Source of the DNA: Eledone cirrhosa
Taxonomy: Eukaryota
Assembly: GCA_964016885.1 (NCBI GenBank)
Contig: OZ024751.1
Location: 36,580,001-36,644,000, forward strand
Direction of reading: 5' to 3'
Length of the DNA: 64,000 bases
The notes beneath the pieces are model-generated. The model had not been told where the DNA came from, ran no database searches, and saw only the letters and a program-made list of their open reading frames with translations. The position numbers were made by a program, and so were the translations under genes. This document shows, in pieces, positions 1 to 13,688 of this stretch. Position 1 is the stretch's first letter; every line of letters starts with the position of its first letter.

Positions 1-124
1 GGTACATTATTTTATCGACCCCGTAAGTATGAAAGGCAAAGTTAACCTTGGCGGGATTTGAACTGAGTCCGTAAAGGGACGTAACTGTTCTGCAAAGCAT
101 GGTGCCCTTTGAATAAATAATGAA

Positions 125-460
125 TCATCGTCATCATCATTTTACGTCCGCTTTTCCCTGCTTGCAAGGGTGGGACGGGAACTGATTCTGGCTCGATTTC
201 TACAGCTGGATGCCCTTCCTAACACCAACCTCATTTACAGTGAGTGCTGGGTGCTTTTTTGCCGTGGCACCTCTACGACCACTTTACAGTGGAATGATAG
301 GGACTCCAGTCCCTATCATCTCATTTCTACAGCTGAGTAAACTGGAGCAATGTGAAATAAAGTGTCTTGCTCAAGTAAACAACACATCACCCGGTCTGAG
401 AATTGAACTCAACCTTTCGAGTGCAAGGCCAATGCTCTAACCACTAAGCCATGTGCCTCC
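125..460 (-). mobile_element. Full-length tRNA-derived SINE (family S2)
   Basis: A/B-box head (TGGCTTAGTGGTTAGAGC...GAGTTCAATTCTC), central CTTGAGCAAGACACTTTA domain, GGAAGGGCATCCAGCTG segment and a (GAT)n-like tail. Near-identical inverted copy at 7279-7616. Confidence 0.85.
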
Positions 461-559
461 ATATTACATAATTTATCTACTAAATTTCCTAACACATGAT
501 TAAACATACATTAAAAATATTATTGCATAGTTCAAGACTAACTTTTAAAAAATTCAAAC

Positions 560-1638
560 TTCAATACTTCCAGTAGATCTATACTATATAGATAGTGTTC
601 AATACTTCTGGTATATCTATACTATATAGATAGTGTTCAATACTTCCGGTATATCTATACTATATAGAGAGAGAGTGTTCAATACTTCCGGTATATCTAT
701 ACTATATAGAGAGTGTTCAATACTTCCGGTATATCTATACTATATAGAGAGTGTTCAATACTTCCGGTATATCTATACTATATAGAGAGTGTTCAATACT
801 TCCAGTATATCTATACTATATAGAGAGAGTGTTCAATACTTCCGGTAGATCTATACTATATAGAGAGAGTGTTCAATACTTCCGGTATATCTATACTATA
901 TAGAGAGTGTTCAATACTTCCGGTATATCTATACTATATAGAGAGTGTTCAATACTTCCGGTATATCTATACTATATAGAGAGTGTTCAATACTTCCGGT
1001 ATATCTATACTATATAGAGAGTATTCAATACTTCCGGTAGATCTATACTATATAGAGAGTGTTCAATACTTCCGGTAGATCTATACTAAATAGAGAGTGT
1101 TCAATACTTCCGGTAGATCTATACTAAATAGAGAGTGTTCAATACTTCCGGTAGATCTATACTATATAGAGAGAGTGTTCAATACTTCCGGTATATCTAT
1201 ACTATATAGAGAGTGTTCAATACTTCCGGTATATCTATACTAAATAGAGTGTTCAATACTTCCGGTATATCTATACTAAATAGAGAGTGTTCAATACTTC
1301 CGGTATATCTATACTATATAGAGAGTGTTCAATACTTCCGGTAGATCTATACTAAATAGAGAGTGTTCAATACTTCCGGTATATCTATACTAAATAGAGA
1401 GTGTTCAATACTTCCGGTATATCTATACTAAATAGAGAGTGTTCAATACTTCCGGTATATCTATACTATATAGAGAGAGAGTGTTCAATACTTCCGGTAT
1501 ATCTATACTATATAGAGAGAGTGTTCAATACTTCCGGTATATCTATACTATATAGAGAGAGTGTTCAATACTTCCGGTATATCTATACTAAATAGAGAGT
1601 GTTCAATACTTCCGGTATATCTATACTATATAGAGAGA
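560..1638. repeat. Minisatellite, ~38-bp unit GAGAGTGTTCAATACTTCCGGTATATCTATACTATATA, about 28 copies
   Basis: Directly visible tandem array; unit length varies mainly through the GA/TA dinucleotide count. Confidence 0.95.
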
Positions 1639-1749
1639 GCGAAAGAGAAAGGTGAAGTGATTTGGATTTTTTCAACACACTGATGTGTGTGCGTGTGAGT
1701 GTGTATATGTTGTTTGATTTTATAAAATTACTAGAGCGAGAAAGAGAGG

Positions 1750-1910
1750 GCAATATCAGTAGAGCGTCAGACAACATGATTTGCAGCATAGTTATGGGCC
1801 TTTGCGTTCTGAGTTCAAATCCCGCCGAGGTTAACTTTGCCTTTCATCCTTACGAGGTCGATAAAATAAAGTACCAGTGGTGCACTGGGGGTAATCGCTG
1901 GCCTTGTGTA
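1750..1910 (+). mobile_element. tRNA-derived SINE (family S1)
   Basis: B-box GAGTTCAAATCC followed by GCCGAGGTTAACTTTGCCTTTCATCC...GTCGATAAAATAAAGTACCAG. Further copies at about 1-105(-), 15375-15570(+), 23865-24210(+), 24305-24490(-), 29626-29815(+), 40185-40270(-), 43551-43652(-), 54350-54570(+), 55306-55485(+) and 60037-60428(+). Confidence 0.85.
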
Positions 1911-2505
1911 TTCAATAATACATAATATATCTCAACAAAAGGTATTGGGAAAACATCAACAAGTGTTGATAACAGTTGAGAAGTCAACAAATCATGTAGG
2001 ATTTATAATTTTTGTTACAAGCTGAACTCTCGCCACAGAGCATGTGGTGTGCCTGTACTACCAAGCGCGCGCGCGTGTGCGTGTGCGTGCGTGTGCGCGT
2101 GTGCGTGTACAAGCATGTGTGCGTGTGTACAAGAATGTGTGCGTGTGTACAAGAATGTGTGCGTGTGTACAAGCATGTGTGCGTGCATGCTTGTCTGTAC
2201 TACCAAGCATGTGCGTGTGTGTGCTTTTAATACCCAGATAAAAAATAAAAACAAAACGTTGAACAATTCTATTTGCGAGACTTAAGTCAGTAAAGTACAT
2301 GACACCTTCTTCAAGATCTGAAGAAATAAAGACATCCAGAAATGTAGTTGATGGAAAAATCCCAGGTTAAGTGGAAGAGACAAAATCAATCATGGATCAA
2401 TAAATAAAATGTCAGGATTCTATTGAACAGCCTTTGGAATTGAAAAAGATGTGATATATCTTGTAGAACATGCAGAACAGACAAGATATTTGTTGAAATT
2501 TCCGT

Positions 2506-2562
2506 GAAGGAGAGGATGAAAGGGAAAGAGGGGGAGAGAACAATAGAGAGAACGAAAGGGAA

Positions 2563-2594
<32 letters not shown>

Positions 2595-2966
2595 CGAGAG
2601 AGAGAGAGAGAGAGAACGAGAGAGAGAGAGAGAGAGAACGAGAGAGAGAGAGAGAGAGAACGAGAGAGAGAGAGAACGAGAGAGAGAGAGAGAGAGAACG
2701 AGAGAGAGAGAGAGAGAGAACGAGAGAGAGAGAGAGAGAACGAGAGAGAAAGAGAGAACGAGAGAGAACGAGAGAACGAGAGAGAACGAGAGAGAAAGAG
2801 AGAACGAGAGAGAGAGAGAACGAGAGAGAGAACGAGAGAGAACGAGAGAGAGAGAGAACGAGAGAGAGAGAGAACGAGAGAGAGAGAGAGAGAACGAGAG
2901 AGAGAGAGAGAACGAGAGAGAGAGAGAGAACGAGAGAGAGAGAGAGAACGAGAGAGAGAGAGAGAG

Positions 2967-3033
<67 letters not shown>

Positions 3034-3123
3034 AAGAGAAAGAGAAAGAGAGAGAGAAAGAGAAAGAGAGAGAGAAAGAGAGAGAGAAAGAGGGAAAAAG
3101 AGAGGGAGAAAGAGAGGGAGAGA

Positions 3124-3155
<32 letters not shown>

Positions 3156-3420
3156 AAGAGAGGGAGAGGGAGAGGGAGAGAGAGAGAGAGAGAGCGAAAA
3201 GGAAAAAGAGAGAGAGAGAGAGAACGAAAAGGAAAGAGAGAGAGATAGGGGGAAAGAGAGAGAGAGGGGGAAAGAGAGAGAGAGAACGAAAGCGAAAGAG
3301 ACAGAGAGAGATCGAAAGGGAAAGAGAGAACGAAAGGTAAAGAGGGAGAACGAGAGAGAGAGGGAGAACGAGAGAGAGAGGGAGAACGAGAGAGATAGAG
3401 AGTGAGAGAGAGAGAATGAA
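2506..3420. repeat. Compound (GA)n/GAGAAC polypurine tract
   Basis: About 900 bp of nearly pure purine on the + strand. Confidence 0.95.
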
Positions 3421-4269
3421 AGGGGAAATGAGATAATGAAAGGAAAAAAGAGGGTAAAATGAAAAGGTGAGAATGGGAAAGAAAGAATCCGTGTGATCTG
3501 GGTGCTACTAATGCAATTAACACTTGATATCAAACAACCTGACACTGCCCCAGGTCCTACAATACAAAGCAGTTATTTTTAAATGTGTTTATATTTTTAA
3601 ATATTCCTGTTTTATCCTTTTCAATATGAAACTACCCCAGTTACTATGACACAAAGCTATTCTATTTTTAAGTGTTTATAAATATCTAAAAACCTTCCAT
3701 CATAATTTTAAGTAAGAACCCTTTTATGTACTAGGAGAAAGCTTTCCAAATCAAAAACATTTTAAAATTCCTTAATATTTAAACATAACTAAAAACGGGT
3801 CTAGTACCCATTAAATCACTTAACCTTTTAACTCTTCAAAATACTTCAAAATAGTCACTGCCTCCGTCTCTCACTCTCTCCATCTCTCACTATTATAAGC
3901 AAATGGGGGGCCCCCATGTTATATTCCAAACACCGACTTAACATCTGACATTCTGTAATTTATCAGCAGTCTTTAAAGTATCTTTATTCCAATACAGCAA
4001 ATTTTCACGACAATCTCTTGACCAAAGACTACTTACTTAGCAGTGTTATGCAATCAATTCTCTTTTGTTTTAATACTTTTCAAGAATATACTGCTTATGC
4101 AGTTTCTTGTGGTACAGGACATTAAGAGTTAATGAGAAAGTTTAATTTACAAAATCGAATTGGAAGTCTTATGATTTTGAACCATGCGGTGCCCCCCAGC
4201 ATGGCCTCAACCTCTCGACTGGAACATGTAATAGTGAAACTTAACCATTTCGTCATGTGAAGACATATG

Positions 4270-4445
4270 TATGTAGAGTATGTGTAGAGTATGTGTAGAG
4301 TATGTGTAGAGTATGTGTAGAGTATGTGTAGAGTATGTGTAGAGTATGTGTAGAGTATGTGTAGAGTATGTGTAGAGTATGTGTAGAGTATGTGTAGAGT
4401 ATGTGTAGAGTATGTGTAGAGTATGTGTAGAGTATGTGTAGAGTA
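4270..4445. repeat. 11-bp tandem repeat (GTAGAGTATGT)n, about 16 copies
   Basis: Directly visible. Confidence 0.95.
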
Positions 4446-6634
4446 GCAGAACTGAATGTATACTAGTGAATTGGAGAATTAGTTTTTCTAAATATTTTTT
4501 ACCACATGGCATTATAAAGGACATTGGTGTTAGCCAATGTCAGTTCTGTATGAGCAAGACATGGTCATCTAGTTTCGACTTGCTTCAGATAGGACAACCG
4601 GCTTAACCCATGCTAGTGTGGAAAATGGACACTAAACGGTGGTGATGATGATGATGATGATGATGTGTAGAGTAAACTGAACATAACAGAATTAGAGCAT
4701 ATTTTCGATATATTTTTCACGTGTAATAAACTGAATATAGCTATGTGTTTTTTTTACGACATGTGTAATAAACTGAATATAACTATGTTTTGTTTTTTTT
4801 ACCACATGTGTACAGTAGACAATGTATAACAATGAATTAGAGCATCACAGTATTTGATTTTCAATTTTTTTTTCTTTATTTTGCCTCAAGACAAAGGATT
4901 GCAAAGATGAACAAGAAGATTCACCATGTGTTATGCGAGTCCATCTTAAATTTTGGTCTTAAGAGACTAGGAAGAAAAAATAAATGAACAGCAAAAGACA
5001 GGAAGCTTTTAATCTGAAAATCTAATCTAAAACCACAGTAAAGGAAGTGTGGGTGAAGGAATATTTGTTATCAGCGACAATAAAATTAAGTATTACATTT
5101 TCTGGGAAAGAAAAGAAACTTTAAAAAAAAAAAAAATCTGTTTTCCTTCTCTTGAAATGGCTAATAGGTTGGCACCAAGGAATACACCATAACTATTGAT
5201 TTAATAAATTAAGTAATGAGAGATCTTTAATTAGGTTAAGGAGAGAGAGAAAGAGAGAGATATAACAAGAAGGATGAGAAATCTGCAGCTGAGGTGGGTC
5301 TTGTGTTTCTCAAAGATGATATGAATACTTTCAATCAAGAAGAAAAGCCAGAACAGGTTCCATTGTTTAGACAGAAAAAAAAAAAAAATTAATGAAAAAT
5401 AAATAAAAGCTACTCAAGAGAACAAGTTATCTCCAATAATAAAACAAGCACGGCTTTATAGCCACATGGTTACAGGATCAATCCTACTGTGTGGTAAGTA
5501 TCTTACTACAGATTTGTGTTAACTAATGCTGTGAATGAAATTTAGTAGACTAGCAGTTTGGAAGCCCATTATCATCATCATCATCGTTTAACGTCCATTT
5601 TCCACGCTAGCATGGGTCTGGACGGGATATATTATATATATATATATATATATAAAACTATGGGATCCTTTAGTTGTGTCAAAAACCTATTTGTGCTGGT
5701 GTCATTAATTTCTGAAGAAATGGTTTTAATATACAACAGTGGGGGATTTTATCATGGATCTTGAGTAATGATGGAAGGAATATGATTGAAATGCATTAGA
5801 AATATGGTAACGAAAGGGTTAAGCCAGCGGTACTTTAGGGGTGACAAGCTATAGATGTAGATGTCAGCACACACACAATGCAAGTTGCTTGAATATGTAA
5901 ACACATGTAGATGTAAACACATCTAAGTGTAGACATATGTAGGTGCAGGAGTGTGTAATGTATATACCATATAAGCGCAAGATAGAAATATAGACGCGTG
6001 TCTATATATATAAACTAAGTATATATTATGCATGTGTATACATATATACATGTGAAGGTGCGTAAGAGAATTGCATTCGCAATGTTGTGATTTTGATTCC
6101 CAGACCAGGTGATGCATTATATCCTTGAACAAGACACTATTTCATGTTACTCCTGACTGGAGTTGCAACAGACAGATAGTATTAGCAAATGGAAAGACAA
6201 ATAGAAACATTGTTTCCTTGGTCCGATTTGACAAGCTCCACCCCACTCGTTAAGCTAATAAAGTCTGGGATCTTGTCGATTGACACAATAGTATGTAGGT
6301 GCATCTATACAGAGAGATACATAATAAACTTCTGTATATAGAAGCTTGTGAGTGTACAATTAGAGAGAGAAAGAAAGAGAGACAATATGCTCCCACTGCA
6401 AAGTGGTCGTGGAGGTGCCACGGAAAAAAAGCACCCAGCACTCACTATAAATGAGGTTGGTGTTAGGAAGGGTATCCAGCTGTAGAAATCAAGCCAGAAT
6501 CAGTTCCCGTATGAGCAAGGCACGGTCAGCCGACCGGACACTGCCCACAACAGGACAACCCGTCTAACTCATGCTAGTAAAACGGTGATGATGATGATGA
6601 TAGTAATAATAAATGTGAAGACTAAAACCCAAAG

Positions 6635-6685
6635 AGTTTCAGAAGATCCTGTTAAGGGTGAAAGCAGCAATTCTTTGCTTAAACT
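6635..6685 (+). ncRNA. Hammerhead-like motif, family C (variant core CAGAAGA)
   Basis: AGUUU-CAGAAGA-UCCUGUUAAGGGU-GAAA-GCAGCAAUUCUUUGC-UU-AAACU: stems I, II and III pair in type I topology. Homologous to the palindrome at 52536-52686. Confidence 0.55.
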
Positions 6686-7278
6686 GTTATTTTAATAAAT
6701 CATCATCATCGTTTAACATCCATCTTCCACGCTTGCATATATATACGCGTGCGTGCGTGTGTTGTCAGGCTTTTATGGTACCTGTTTACCAAATTCCTTC
6801 ATTGGTTGACACAAGGCTAGTAAAACACTAAACTCAAATCTGTGCCCCCCCCCCTCCCCTCAGTCAGGCCACCAGCTGATATGAATAAAACTGAAGCTAA
6901 ACCCACAACCCACAACAGTGTGTGGGTGAGGAGAGCAAGAGAGAGTGTGTACTTGAGTTATTCCTAGCCAATCATATCAAACATCCTGGTTATGTATTTA
7001 TGGGTTATCTTAAGAGCAAGTGTGTGGCAGTGCGTGGGCACCAGTTTTCAGTTCAGTGCTTACATTCCTGGGTTCACAACACAATGGGGCAACCTAACAC
7101 TCAAGAATACTCAGGCACAAGTAAACATGATTTTGAGCTTAGCATTTAAACTCCTGTACTGCATGAAACCACAGGGAGAGGTGAGAGAATTCTGGCCGGG
7201 TGTGGTCTGTTTAAATGCTAAAGGGTTAGATACATTCAACTAAATTATAGTAGGATGTTATGAGTTAATGCAATGAAA

Positions 7279-7616
7279 GGAGGCACATAGCTTAGTGGTT
7301 AGAGCATTGGCCTTGCAATCGAAAGGTTGTGAGTTCAATTCTCAGACTGGGTGATGTGTTGTTTCCTTGAGCAAGACACTTTATTTCACATTGCTCCAGT
7401 TTACTCAGCTGTAGAAATGAGATGATAGAGACTGGGGTCCATATCATTCCACTGTAAAGTGGTCGTAGAGGTGCCACGGCAAAAAAGCACCCAGCACTCA
7501 CTGTAAATGAGGTTGGTGTTAGGAAGGGCATCCAGCTGAAGAAATCAAGCCAGAATCAGTTCCCGTCCCACCCTTGCAAGCAGGGAAAAAGCGAACATAA
7601 AATGAAATGGTGATGA
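7279..7616 (+). mobile_element. Full-length tRNA-derived SINE (family S2)
   Basis: Reverse complement of 125-460 with few differences. Partial copies at about 4520-4665, 6395-6600 and 37800-37940. Confidence 0.85.
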
Positions 7617-7740
7617 AAGGGGGCTTCTTTTAAAATTAAAATATTCCAACAATTTTATAAAAGTTAAGGTATTTGTTAATGAAATAATTTTAAATGTTTT
7701 CAAATTTTTCATGAATTCAAACATACATTATATATACATA

Positions 7741-7838
<98 letters not shown>

Positions 7839-8549
7839 AATTTACAGGCAGTTTAATTCCATAAAAATATGGGAATGAAAAGGTTAAAAGCAAGGTCTCA
7901 AAATAGAAAATGTATTGGTTATATAATGGAACTATATATATATCACATGATCACGTCTCCTATAAACTAACAAATTCCTGCCAGATATATCCAACTGTGT
8001 GAGATAAAATTAACTGCAGCTTTAAGAGTGCAGCCACTGCAATGACCTACAAATATATTCAAACTAGAACATGCATCTGCTCATTATATGCATGCATTTC
8101 TCTGCTAGTTCATCCTACAAAAAGATAAAAAATATTTAGATATTTTCTACTAAATCATAAAATTACAGATGAATGTTTATCATTTTCATACACATGAGGG
8201 GGCAGGGGGTGGGGTAAGAAGAATACACGTGGCTGTGTGAGTCGGCTTTGATTTTTTGATTTTTTCTAGCTGTTAGCTATTTTTTTCAATAAGGATTACT
8301 TTAATTTTCTATGGTATTGTTTATAACAATCAACTGTGGCTAATTTTCTGCATTTGGGATCTCTATACCTTCGAAGAATTTCATATCCAACCTATATGTA
8401 TATATAAAATGATCACCATTCAATGCTCATCTCCCACAATGTATGTATACATACATACATACATACCTACCTATCAGGATTTTCCTGAGGATTTCATATA
8501 AAATGAAAGTTATAGTCGTGTAGGAAGTCATTTATATATAAAATTTATA

Positions 8550-8586
<37 letters not shown>

Positions 8587-9154
8587 CAATGTGTATATTT
8601 CTATATACCCACCCAAGCTGTCTCAGTTAATTCAGTACTGTCTGTCTATAGAGAAGAGGTATGATATGGTATAATGAAAGGAAGGCAGAACATAATTCAT
8701 TGGTGCATACTTAACACTTCCTGTCATCCTTAGTCCACTCAAATATTGACAAACAAAAATAAACTGAACTAAAAAAAATCAAAATCAATATTACATCAGT
8801 AAATAAATAAACAGTTTTTCCTGTCATTTAATAAAAACTGCTTTTAACTAAGTAAGAAAATATAGTGTGGGAGGCCTTTTGCATTATATAGACATACGTA
8901 ATTACAGTGTATGTAAGTACTATATAGACATATGTACATACAGTGTAAAGGCATACATACAGTGTATGTTAACTAAGTACTATATAGACATACATACAGT
9001 GTAACTAAGTACTATATAGACATACATATATATAGAGTAATGAAGTACGATATAGACATAACATTTACATATTGAATGAGTGTGTTCTAACTAGATAAAA
9101 ATATGCACACAAACTATATATAAATATATATATATATATATTTTAATATAGGAA

Positions 9155-9205
9155 AGTTTCTACAGGACTAAAACTGTTTTATTCGTGAGAAATCATCAGG
9201 AAGCT
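9155..9205 (-). ncRNA. Hammerhead ribozyme relic, family A (GAAA changed to AAAA, probably inactive)
   Basis: Minus strand AGCUUC-CUGAUGA-UUUCUCACGAAU-AAAA-CAG-UUUUAGUC-CUG-UA-GAAACU, next to a (TA)n tract. Confidence 0.65.
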
Positions 9206-9880
9206 GCTGACATATATATATTAGACAGTTGATTGACTTTTCGTTAAATCGGACCGAGGAAACAGTATTTCCATTGGTCTTACCAATTGCTAATACTATC
9301 TATAGGTCGCAACTTCAGATAGAAGGACCAACATGAAGTAAAGTAACTTGCCCAAGGACATAACACATCGAACTCGCGCGTGCGTGCGCGTGTGTTTATA
9401 TATACACACATTGCAACCAAGTATTATATATATATATATATGTGTGCGTGTGTGTATATGTATATGTATATGTATATATATGTGTACACACACACACACA
9501 CACACACATTCTATCACTACATATTAGTGCGATATTAAAATATGATATGATTCAATGCCAACATTTTACTGAGTGGTTTAATCTGAAATCCATTTGAAAT
9601 GAAAAGAAAATGTTTTAAAAGGATTGCAACATATACACACATTAAATATATACATATATATAATATATGTATGTCTAGATAAGTTACACATGAATTATGT
9701 AAATGTATGAACTGACTTAGTAAGTTTTTCAAATGGATTCCATGCAAAGAACAAACCATTTGCAGACTATTATGGAATATATCGAAGATCCATAATTCTA
9801 AGAACTAGCAGAGATAGAAAGCCAAATTTTATTGCAACGGACTTGAAAGCAACTGACATATGACCCTAAAAGCTGTCGTA

Positions 9881-9942
<62 letters not shown>

Positions 9943-10259
9943 AAAAAGAAGAAAAAAAAAAAACATCGAGGACCAACAGGAATTTAATAGCAGCTGAGCT
10001 TAAAATCAATAACAGGCTTTTTATAAGAGATAAAAGCTTTCTGTATTGAACTGAAGTAAAGGATTTCACAGAGAGAATCTGAAAAACCAAAAGTACAACC
10101 AGCATTTGAATACACTAACTGCCACAAATGTTTTAAGGCCATTTATCCTGTTAAAGCAGGGGTTAAGCCTTATAGGGTCCCATGACAGGTAGCGTGATCA
10201 CCATGGGCCCCTTTTTGAGGTTAATGCTTACATGGATTAGATGTGTACACACACACAAC

Positions 10260-10306
<47 letters not shown>

Positions 10307-10499
10307 GATAGGTGCATGTGTGTATATATGTACATATATGTCTATATAGATTTATATGCACACGTGTTTTTCTCTTTTGCCCCATTACATCCACTAATTA
10401 AACAACCTGAAGGTTGGGTACCTGGCCATGGATGTAGTCCCACAAAAAAGCAGTAAGAATTTCTATTTAAAAAGTAAAGCAACAAAAATTATTTAGTAT

Positions 10500-10690
10500 G
10501 GACAGATTTTACAGGCAAAACCAAACAGGAGACTCAGGGGTAAACCCTGAGCAAGATGGTTTGATAACATCCATGAGCTTGGTTTGTCACACTTGGGGAT
10601 CCAGCTGGATCAGTTGGAAACACTTGCTTCTGACAGGACCCACTGTAAGGGGTGTTTAGGGACTGCTCTCATGGCCCTCTCAGCAATAAA
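10500..10690 (+). mobile_element. RTE-clade LINE 3' fragment
   Basis: Degenerate RGKP*ARWFDNIHELGLSHLGIQLDQLETLASDR, resembling RTE ORF C-termini. Homologous pieces at 33085-33215(-) and 56760-57110(+). Confidence 0.6.
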
Positions 10691-10789
10691 TTGGCGAAAA
10701 TGTTTAATAATTTTGCTACCAAACTGCCTGAAACCATATTTGATTCTCCTATATAAAACAGTATATGTTATTTATCCAAACAACATCTA

Positions 10790-10841
<52 letters not shown>

Positions 10842-11752
10842 TAATATACAAGTCTTTAAGCTGTGTGCTCCTAAATCCAGCTTAATTAAGAGTTGTACAT
10901 TTTCCATTACCATATATTTTCCATGCCAGCATGGGCTGGATGAGAAGGTTAGATGTCTGCTCCCAGTGCGTGTTAGTAAAATTAGAGTGCAAGTGAACTT
11001 GGAAAGCAGTTAGGCATTATGTGCAGCAGCAGTAAAAGAGACAACCACACAGATATGCAACATGTTATAGGAATGTGCATTAACGCTTGCAGTTAAGTAG
11101 CAGCACCAACAAGCAACATTAGTCTGGCTTAGTAATGGACATATAGGAATACATACAACACTTGCTTGGCTCTGGCTAAAAGGAACGGGAGTTCACTTTC
11201 AGCCTGGCTCCTACTTATGACCTCTTGAGCAAGTTGTTTTCTTTTTGCCACAGCGTTCGGTTGATCATTGCCTTGTGAGTGAAATTTGGGAGAAGCAAAT
11301 ATGGGATATATGTGTGTGTGGGGGGGGGGGGGTATCTAAGCTTGTGTTTACATCTCACAATTTAGATGTTTGACAAAAGGTATAGAAAATAAGTAAATAT
11401 CTGAAAGACATACTGGGGTTGATATGTTCTAAATCCTTTTATTATGGTGTCCCAGCATGGCCACAATCTAATGATTTTAATGGAAGTAAAAGAATAACAG
11501 AACTGAACCAGCAATGTCTATGTGACTAGGTGCTACTGATGAGCAGTAACAAAAAAATAAGACTTGGTCTGAGATAGTATAGGGTACTACTACTACTACA
11601 GAGTTTATAAACCTCTTACAAACAGTCAGCTGTGACTAGAACAACAAACAGCTGTCTGCTCCTGTACCACAGAGAGGGGAGAGAGAGGTAGAAAAAAGCA
11701 GTTGGTAATTAGGAAATCTACAGTAGTGTTATATATATATGTGTGTGTGTGT

Positions 11753-11888
11753 GTGGTAAGGAACCAGATGGACCATAACGGACCAGAGTACTCAATACTT
11801 ATAGTAGAGTGGGAAATAGGAAAAAGTATGACCCCGACAGAAATAGCCGTCGAAACGGCTTGAGCTCTGCCGTCGGGGTCATACTTTT

Positions 11889-11892
<4 letters not shown>
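11753..11892. mobile_element. Family B fold-back element with hammerhead 3' half
   Basis: Homologous to 52061-52265. Inverted arms GGAAAAAGTATGACCCCGAC/GTCGGGGTCATACTTTTCC, the motif GAAACGGC...GCCGTC, and flanking microsatellites. Confidence 0.7.
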
Positions 11893-11967
<75 letters not shown>

Positions 11968-12556
11968 AAAATTATCCCACTCATGACAGTAGGAGGTGGG
12001 GGTAGGGAGGGGAAAATTAATGTGAAATAATCAGAAAGTGTCGAATGTTAATAAGAACTACTATATGTGGTCATTAAGTAGCTATCAGCTGCTCAGTAAT
12101 TTATGAAAGATTTCTAAATTTGGCACAAGGTTAACATTATTTTGGCGAGTTTGTTATATATACATATATTTTTTTATTTTTATAATATACTCAGTCAGTC
12201 AAGGAATGTTTGTGTGCCCGTGACCCTTTTTTTGTGGGTGTTCTGAGATTGAAGCGACTCTCGACCTCCAAACAATTCATTTGGCGGAACAAGGTGAAGG
12301 CATTTAGGGTGATGGACTTAGGATCATAATGTCGTGTAATTCTTGGAGCAAAATACTTCGTTTCTCATTGCTCTGGTATAGTCATCTAAAAATGAGTAAC
12401 AGCAGTAGTTTGGGAGGATGGAGTTAATGCAGCGATAGGATGGCTTCTTGTCCAGGGGAAAATCTCGTACTCGGACAATGAATATCATGTACATGGTTGC
12501 TTTCGGGAGCCTCCGAGAATGATAAGTGGTAATGGTATCCTCAAAGGGGAGACCTG

Positions 12557-12697
<141 letters not shown>

Positions 12698-13652
12698 TGC
12701 GAGCATCTTCGCAATGTCTCAGTGAGAAATAAGAACATTGTGGTGTATAAGGAATGAAGAAAATTATCCTCAGGCGGAAGACCTGGGTAGGTACCGAAAG
12801 CTTTCCAGAGGATGGGGAGTCTGGTAAAGGCACCACCTAAGAAATACAAAGATTGCATCTCCAGCACCGCCGACAGAAGGAACAAAATAGTTGTAATTTA
12901 TAGCAGGTATATAGTTTACCGACTGAAAGAGTCGGGGGTGGAAAACATAGAAAGACCTAACAGGAAATGAGATCCAAAACGTCAAGTAAAGAAAAATAAA
13001 ATAAAAGCAATTCAAGCCTGTTTTCAGTCCCCTTTTGCTTTTTAAAAAATCTAGTAACCGATAGAAACGTTAGACCCTCTTAATCTAAAAGAGATGAGAG
13101 ACACAAAACAGACTTCAATGAAATGTAAACCCACAAAGGCATGTTAATTAAGTCAGTTCACTGTCGTTCTTTACTACTACTACTACTAATGATAACAAGT
13201 ATCCCAATAAATAGGAGAGAAAGAGTGGGTGGAGAGAGAGTGGGTGGAGAGAGAGTGGGTGGAGAGAGAGTGAGAGAGAGAGTGGGTGGAGAGAGAGTGA
13301 GAGAGAGAGTGGGTGGGTGGAGAGAGAGGGAGAGGAGAGAGAGTTATCAGCGTGAAGTCGGTCAAAAGAGACGGGAGGGCTAAGTGTGAAACAAGGGAGG
13401 GAATTCAGACAAAAATATAAAACAGAACATATAATAAATGTACGGCCCCTTTTGTCTGTTTAATAGGAACACTAGGTCCTATCTAAATCGTTACAAAATT
13501 GAAATATTCATTTAGAATACCTACAACAGAAATATATAAGACAAAATAAAGGCGGAAGGTACTTCCATTCATAGCAGATATAAGATTTCTCTTAAAGGTG
13601 CTATATACCTCTAGGCGATCTCTACACGTGAGCATATACATACGTTTTACAA

Positions 13653-13688
<36 letters not shown>

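Noticed and set aside
210-440. Duplicated small protein MPFLTPTSF... (also 7292-7531), and repeated [11 protein letters not shown]... ORFs
   Set aside because: Chance ORFs within SINE S2 and family B repeats.
560-1638. CRISPR-like array of ~38-bp repeats
   Set aside because: No unique spacers, no cas genes and a eukaryotic context; it is a minisatellite.
2412-3545. Long Ser/Leu and Glu/Arg ORFs
   Set aside because: Translations of (GA)n microsatellite.
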